The position numbers and the translations under genes are program-made. A stretch of DNA of 64,000 nt from positions 1,376,001 through 1,440,000 of the forward strand of contig OY821641.1 of assembly GCA_963555995.3 (NCBI GenBank), read 5' to 3'. Positions 59,955 through 64,000 of this stretch are shown here, in pieces. Numbering within the stretch: the stretch's first letter is position 1; every line of letters starts with the position of its first letter. Origin of the DNA: Vicinamibacteria bacterium (GTDB lineage Bacteria; Acidobacteriota; Vicinamibacteria; Marinacidobacterales; Marinacidobacteraceae). The notes beneath the pieces were generated by a model that was given only the letters and a program-made list of their open reading frames with translations, was not told the DNA's origin and made no database searches.

Positions 59955-60956
59955 ATGCGTGTCTCGGTAACGGCCTTCACCACCGCCCTCGCCGCGGTTC
60001 TCAGCTTCCCCGGCGCCACGTCGGCTCAGGGCCGCATTGACGGAGCCGGCTACCAGGAACTGTTGAACGAGGTCCGGGGCGGGCTTTTCATCAGTTCCGG
60101 CCGGGTGCTCGCCGGGTTCGATCCGGATTCCGTGGAACGGGTGGTCGGCGACTTCATCGCGTCCGCGCCCGGAGCGCGGGAACTCAAGACGGCCGCGCTT
60201 CTGCACACCGAGGCGACCGCGCACGGGCACCCCGAGACCCATATGGAGATGGCGCGGAATCTGCTCAAGGCGATTCCGGACCCCGCGGACCGCACCGACT
60301 GGACCCGGCGGTGGTGGCTGGCGCTTTGTTATTCCTACCAGGTGCAGCTTTCGGTCGGCCCCGGGGTGGCGGCTTTCGAGCGGGCGCTGGAGGACCTGCC
60401 CGACGACCACGAGGTCCGGCGGTCGTTCGCGGCGGCGCTCTGGATGTTCGGGAAACAGCGCGAGGAACCGACCTACCTGACGCGCGCCGGAGTCATGCTC
60501 CAGGAACTCCTCGAGGAGACTCCGGACGATCCCGACCTGCGGGTCCGCTTCGCCGGAGTGCTGCTCGATCTTGGGCGGCCGGAGGACGCCGCCTTCGTCC
60601 TCGACCAACTCGGCGACGCTCGTCTCCGGTCGGGCGCCCGGCTGGCTTCGCTGCTCATTCGCGGCGAGCTCGCGCTCGGGGCCGGAGAGTTCACCGCCGC
60701 CGAGGTCGCCTTCGCCGAGGCCGTCCGGCGCTCGCGGCGCTCACCGGCGGCCGTGGCCGGCCTCGTGGCGGCGCGCCTCAGCCAGGGTGACGCGGAGGGT
60801 GCTGCCGAGGCGGCCGGTGCCCTGCTTGCCCGGGCGCAAACGGGATGGGAACCGGAATGGCGCTACTGGCTCGGCCCGGCTCTCGAGTATCCCGGGATCT
60901 TCGAGGCGCTGAAGAACGAGGTGCGCGAGCCCGCGGAGGAAGGGGACGAACCATGA
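59955..60956 (+). CDS. Secreted TPR-like protein (TAALLHTE motif)
   Basis: Signal peptide ending SAQ; TPR-like helices; ATGA-coupled to the VWA gene. Confidence 0.65.
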   Translation: MRVSVTAFTTALAAVLSFPGATSAQGRIDGAGYQELLNEVRGGLFISSGRVLAGFDPDSVERVVGDFIASAPGARELKTAALLHTEATAHGHPETHMEMARNLLKAIPDPADRTDWTRRWWLALCYSYQVQLSVGPGVAAFERALEDLPDDHEVRRSFAAALWMFGKQREEPTYLTRAGVMLQELLEETPDDPDLRVRFAGVLLDLGRPEDAAFVLDQLGDARLRSGARLASLLIRGELALGAGEFTAAEVAFAEAVRRSRRSPAAVAGLVAARLSQGDAEGAAEAAGALLARAQTGWEPEWRYWLGPALEYPGIFEALKNEVREPAEEGDEP

Positions 60957-61834
60957 GAGAGTTCACGGCGCTGCTGTTCGCGATTCTGGTCCCGGGCTTC
61001 CTTTCCGCCGGCGGGATTTCCGAATCCGCCCGCGGGGAGAGTGTGTCGGAGCCAGCCCCGGCCGTGCGAATACAGGCTCACCCCGAGGCGCCATCGGCCC
61101 CCGGCGTCGGCGGCGCGGGGCTGGACCTGCTCCGGCGCCGGCGCGACGACTTGCCCCGTCCGGTCTGGACCGGGCAGGAACCGCTTTCCGTGGTCGTCGT
61201 GTTCGACCTGAGTTCCAGTGTCTCGGGAGCGCGGCTGCGGTCCGCGGTCGCCGGGGTGGAGGCGCTCTTCTCCGCGCTCGACGAAGAGGACCGTTGCGCG
61301 CTCCTCGGGTTCACCCGCTCGGTGGAACTCCACGCCGGCTGGGACGGAACCTGCGCCGATGCGGCGGCCGCGGCCGCGGAGTTGCGGAGCGGCGGTCCGG
61401 CGGCGTTCAACAACGCGCTCACCCTGGCGTTCGGCCTCCTCGCCGACCGGCCGGGACGCCCGGTCCTGGTGGTCTTCACGGACGGCGTGGACGGCGCCAG
61501 TTGGGCTCGCGACTCGTGGCCGCTCTTCGCCGCCGCCGGCGTGCCGCCTACCGTGCTGGCGATCACCGCCCCTCCCAACCTGACCCGGTCCGGCCGGGTC
61601 GGCGGGACCTACGGCAGCATCAGCGCCGAGGATCTGGCGAACCAGATCACGTTCGAAGGCCGGCATTTGCAGGACGAAGGCCGCGACATGCGGGGTCTCA
61701 GGAACGTGGATCCCTTCTGGGCGCTGACCTACCTGACCGCGATCAGCGGCGGGCAGTTGGTCCGGACCTCGGGCGATGCCGCGGAGATCGAATCGGCCCT
61801 CGCGGGCGCCCTCGACGCCCTGCAGCCGGAATAG
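60953..61834 (+). CDS. Exported VWA domain protein
   Basis: Signal peptide; MIDAS DLSSSV; RPVLVVFTDGVD..SW; paralogous to 55855-56787. Confidence 0.72.
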   Translation: MREFTALLFAILVPGFLSAGGISESARGESVSEPAPAVRIQAHPEAPSAPGVGGAGLDLLRRRRDDLPRPVWTGQEPLSVVVVFDLSSSVSGARLRSAVAGVEALFSALDEEDRCALLGFTRSVELHAGWDGTCADAAAAAAELRSGGPAAFNNALTLAFGLLADRPGRPVLVVFTDGVDGASWARDSWPLFAAAGVPPTVLAITAPPNLTRSGRVGGTYGSISAEDLANQITFEGRHLQDEGRDMRGLRNVDPFWALTYLTAISGGQLVRTSGDAAEIESALAGALDALQPE

Positions 61835-61841
61835 CGCGGCG

Positions 61842-62954
61842 GTGGACCCCGGAGGCGGGGGGACGCCTCTCCGCGGACGGGGAGCGGTTTCCAACCCCGC
61901 GGGCCGGTTCGAGGCGCTGCGCGAGGAGGCGTTCGACGACGGCTGGGATGCGCGCGATCCACCGCCCGAGCGCGTTCCCACCGAGGTCATCAACGACCGG
62001 ACGAAGACGATCATCGCCCGGAACGACTCCCCGGACATCCCCTTCGACCGCTCGATCAATCCCTACCGGGGCTGCGAGCACGGCTGCATCTACTGCTTCG
62101 CCCGGCCGAGCCACGCCTACCTGGGCTTCTCGCCGGGCCTCGACTTCGAGACGAAGATCGTGGCCAAGCCGGAGGCGGCGAACCTGCTGCGCCGCGAACT
62201 CCGGAAGCCCGGCTACCGGGTCGGCCCGCTGGCGCTCGGCTCGAACACCGATCCCTACCAGCCGGTCGAACGGGAGCTCCGCATCACCCGGCAGATCCTC
62301 GAGGTGCTGGGCGAGGCGCGCCACCCCACCGGCATCGTCACCAAGTCGGCCCTGATCCTCCGGGACCTCGACCTCATCGTCCCGATGGCCGAGGAGGGCC
62401 TCGCCCAGGTCATGGTCTCGGTGACGACGCTGCGGCGGGACCTGGCCCGCACCATGGAGCCCCGGGCGGCGGCGCCCGAGCGGCGGCTCGCCACCATCCG
62501 GACGCTCCGGGAGGCCGGGGTGCCGGTGGGCGTGCTGGCCTCGCCCATGATCCCGGCGCTCAACGACTCGGAACTGGAGGCGATCCTGGAGGCGGCGGCG
62601 GAGGCGGGCGCCGGGTCCGCCGGGTTCATCCTGATCCGGCTGCCGCACGAGCTGAAGGAACTCTTCTCCGAGTGGCTGGAGACCCACGTTCCGACCCGCG
62701 CCGCGCACGTCGAGAGCCTGATCCGGGATACGCGCGGCGGCCAGCTCTACGAGGCGAAGTTCGGAGACCGGATGCGGGGGCAGGGACCCTACGCGGAGTT
62801 GCTTGCCAACCGTTTCCGGGTGGCGGCGCGGCGTTACGGCCTCGACCGGAAGCATCCCCTGTTCCGCCTGGACCTCTTCCGGCCGCCGCGGGCGCCCGGC
62901 GCGCCACGGTCGTTGTTTGACAAAGTAGCCCCTCCACAGGAGGAGTCGCCATGA
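61842..62954 (+). CDS. Radical SAM protein, PA0069/Rv2578c (SplB-like) family
   Basis: SPDIPFDRSINPYRGCEHGCIYCFAR (CxxxCxxC), NTDPYQPVE, VTKS, LIRLPHE. Probable GTG start at 61842. Confidence 0.88.
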   Translation: MDPGGGGTPLRGRGAVSNPAGRFEALREEAFDDGWDARDPPPERVPTEVINDRTKTIIARNDSPDIPFDRSINPYRGCEHGCIYCFARPSHAYLGFSPGLDFETKIVAKPEAANLLRRELRKPGYRVGPLALGSNTDPYQPVERELRITRQILEVLGEARHPTGIVTKSALILRDLDLIVPMAEEGLAQVMVSVTTLRRDLARTMEPRAAAPERRLATIRTLREAGVPVGVLASPMIPALNDSELEAILEAAAEAGAGSAGFILIRLPHELKELFSEWLETHVPTRAAHVESLIRDTRGGQLYEAKFGDRMRGQGPYAELLANRFRVAARRYGLDRKHPLFRLDLFRPPRAPGAPRSLFDKVAPPQEESP

Positions 62955-64000
62955 GCAACGCTTCGCGCCCGGTTTCCGCCGTGCTCGTCCCGGCCGCCAT
63001 CGTGCTTTCAAGTTGGGCCGCCGCCGCTACCGCCCAGGATGGCTCGCGCGCCCGCGATCTTGGCGTGCCCTTCGACGGCACTCCCGGACCGCTCAACGCG
63101 ATCACCGACATCGCCGGGATCGAGGTGGGTCACCACACGATCATCCGCGGGGAAGGGGAACTGGTGGTCGGCGAGGGACCGGTACGCACCGGAGTCACCG
63201 CGGTGCTGCCACGCGGGCGCGCCAGCCGGGGGCGCGTCTTCGCCGCCTGGTTCACCCTGAACGGCAACGGCGAGATGACCGGGACCACCTGGCTCCGCGA
63301 CCGGGGGATCCTCGAAGGGGCGGTGATGATCACGAACACCCACAGCGTGGGCGCCGTGCACGAGGCCACCATCGCCTGGGCGCAGGCGAACCTCGACGCG
63401 CCCGACTGGAGCCTGCCGGTGGTCGCCGAGACCTGGGACGGGTTCCTCAACGACATCAACGGCTTTCACGTGCGGCAGGAGCACGTCTTCGCGGCGCTGG
63501 ATTCGGCCCGGGGCGGACCGGTCGCCGAAGGATCGGTGGGAGGTGGCACCGGGATGCGGACCTTCGGCTTCAAGGCCGGGATCGGCACCTCCTCCCGGAT
63601 CGTGGAGGCCGGGGGCAACGAGTACGTGATCGGCGTGCTGGTGCAGTCCAACTTCGGGAGCCGGAACCTGATGACGGTCGCCGGGGTCCCGGTAGGGCGG
63701 GAAATCCCGGACCTGACGCCCGAACGGGGTCCCTTCGACGCCTCGCCGGGCGAGGATGAAGACGACGGCTACGGGCGGGACGGCTCGATCATCATCGTCG
63801 CGGCCACCGATGCGCCGCTCCTCCCCCACCAGCTCAACCGCTTCATCCGCCGCACCACGCTGGCGCTCGGCCGGGTCGGCAGCATCGCCTCGAACGGCTC
63901 GGGCGACATCTTCATCGCCTTCTCCACCGCGAACGAGGAGGCCGCCCACAACGAGAGCGGGGTCGCCCCGCTCGAGAACCTCGCCAACAACAACATCAAT
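62951..64000 (+). CDS. Secreted P1/S58 family aminopeptidase (DmpA-like), 3'-truncated and absent from the ORF track
   Basis: Manual translation: signal peptide, RARDLGVPFDGTPGPLNAITD, VRTGVTA, NGNGEMTG, EGSVGGGTG, autoproteolysis site DG|SIIIVAATDAPL, NGSGDIFIAFST. Confidence 0.88.
   Translation, partial: MSNASRPVSAVLVPAAIVLSSWAAAATAQDGSRARDLGVPFDGTPGPLNAITDIAGIEVGHHTIIRGEGELVVGEGPVRTGVTAVLPRGRASRGRVFAAWFTLNGNGEMTGTTWLRDRGILEGAVMITNTHSVGAVHEATIAWAQANLDAPDWSLPVVAETWDGFLNDINGFHVRQEHVFAALDSARGGPVAEGSVGGGTGMRTFGFKAGIGTSSRIVEAGGNEYVIGVLVQSNFGSRNLMTVAGVPVGREIPDLTPERGPFDASPGEDEDDGYGRDGSIIIVAATDAPLLPHQLNRFIRRTTLALGRVGSIASNGSGDIFIAFSTANEEAAHNESGVAPLENLANNNIN

Overview
GC-rich bacterial chromosomal segment, most likely Acidobacteriota. 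This is inferred from the contiguous rplM-rpsI-rpsB-tsf-pyrH-frr cluster and an Acidobacterial-type VWA protein. No rRNA, tRNA, CRISPR array, integrase or transposase was seen. About 50 CDS are present: a translation core cluster plus thrC, ppk1, glpK and a fabF/fabB-type synthase, a complete MoxR-DUF58-BatA-E operon, a PotABCD-like ABC transporter with an embedded MmgE/PrpD protein, a periplasmic Gfo/Idh/MocA + DUF1080 sugar module, PhoX, many exported amidohydrolases/peptidases, and an AbrB/VapC toxin-antitoxin pair. The most unusual items are: (1) an AlkB-type diiron alkane monooxygenase fused to a catalytically degenerate GlnE-like nucleotidyltransferase domain; (2) a heavy-metal-binding-repeat protein paired with a cytochrome c / copper-monooxygenase-like protein that seems to lack its Cu ligands; (3) two paralogous TPR+VWA gene pairs; (4) about 16 copies of an intergenic double-hairpin REP-like element showing compensatory base changes. 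Three apparent frameshifts, one in the essential frr, suggest indel errors in the assembly. All family calls come from motif recognition by eye, not from database searches.
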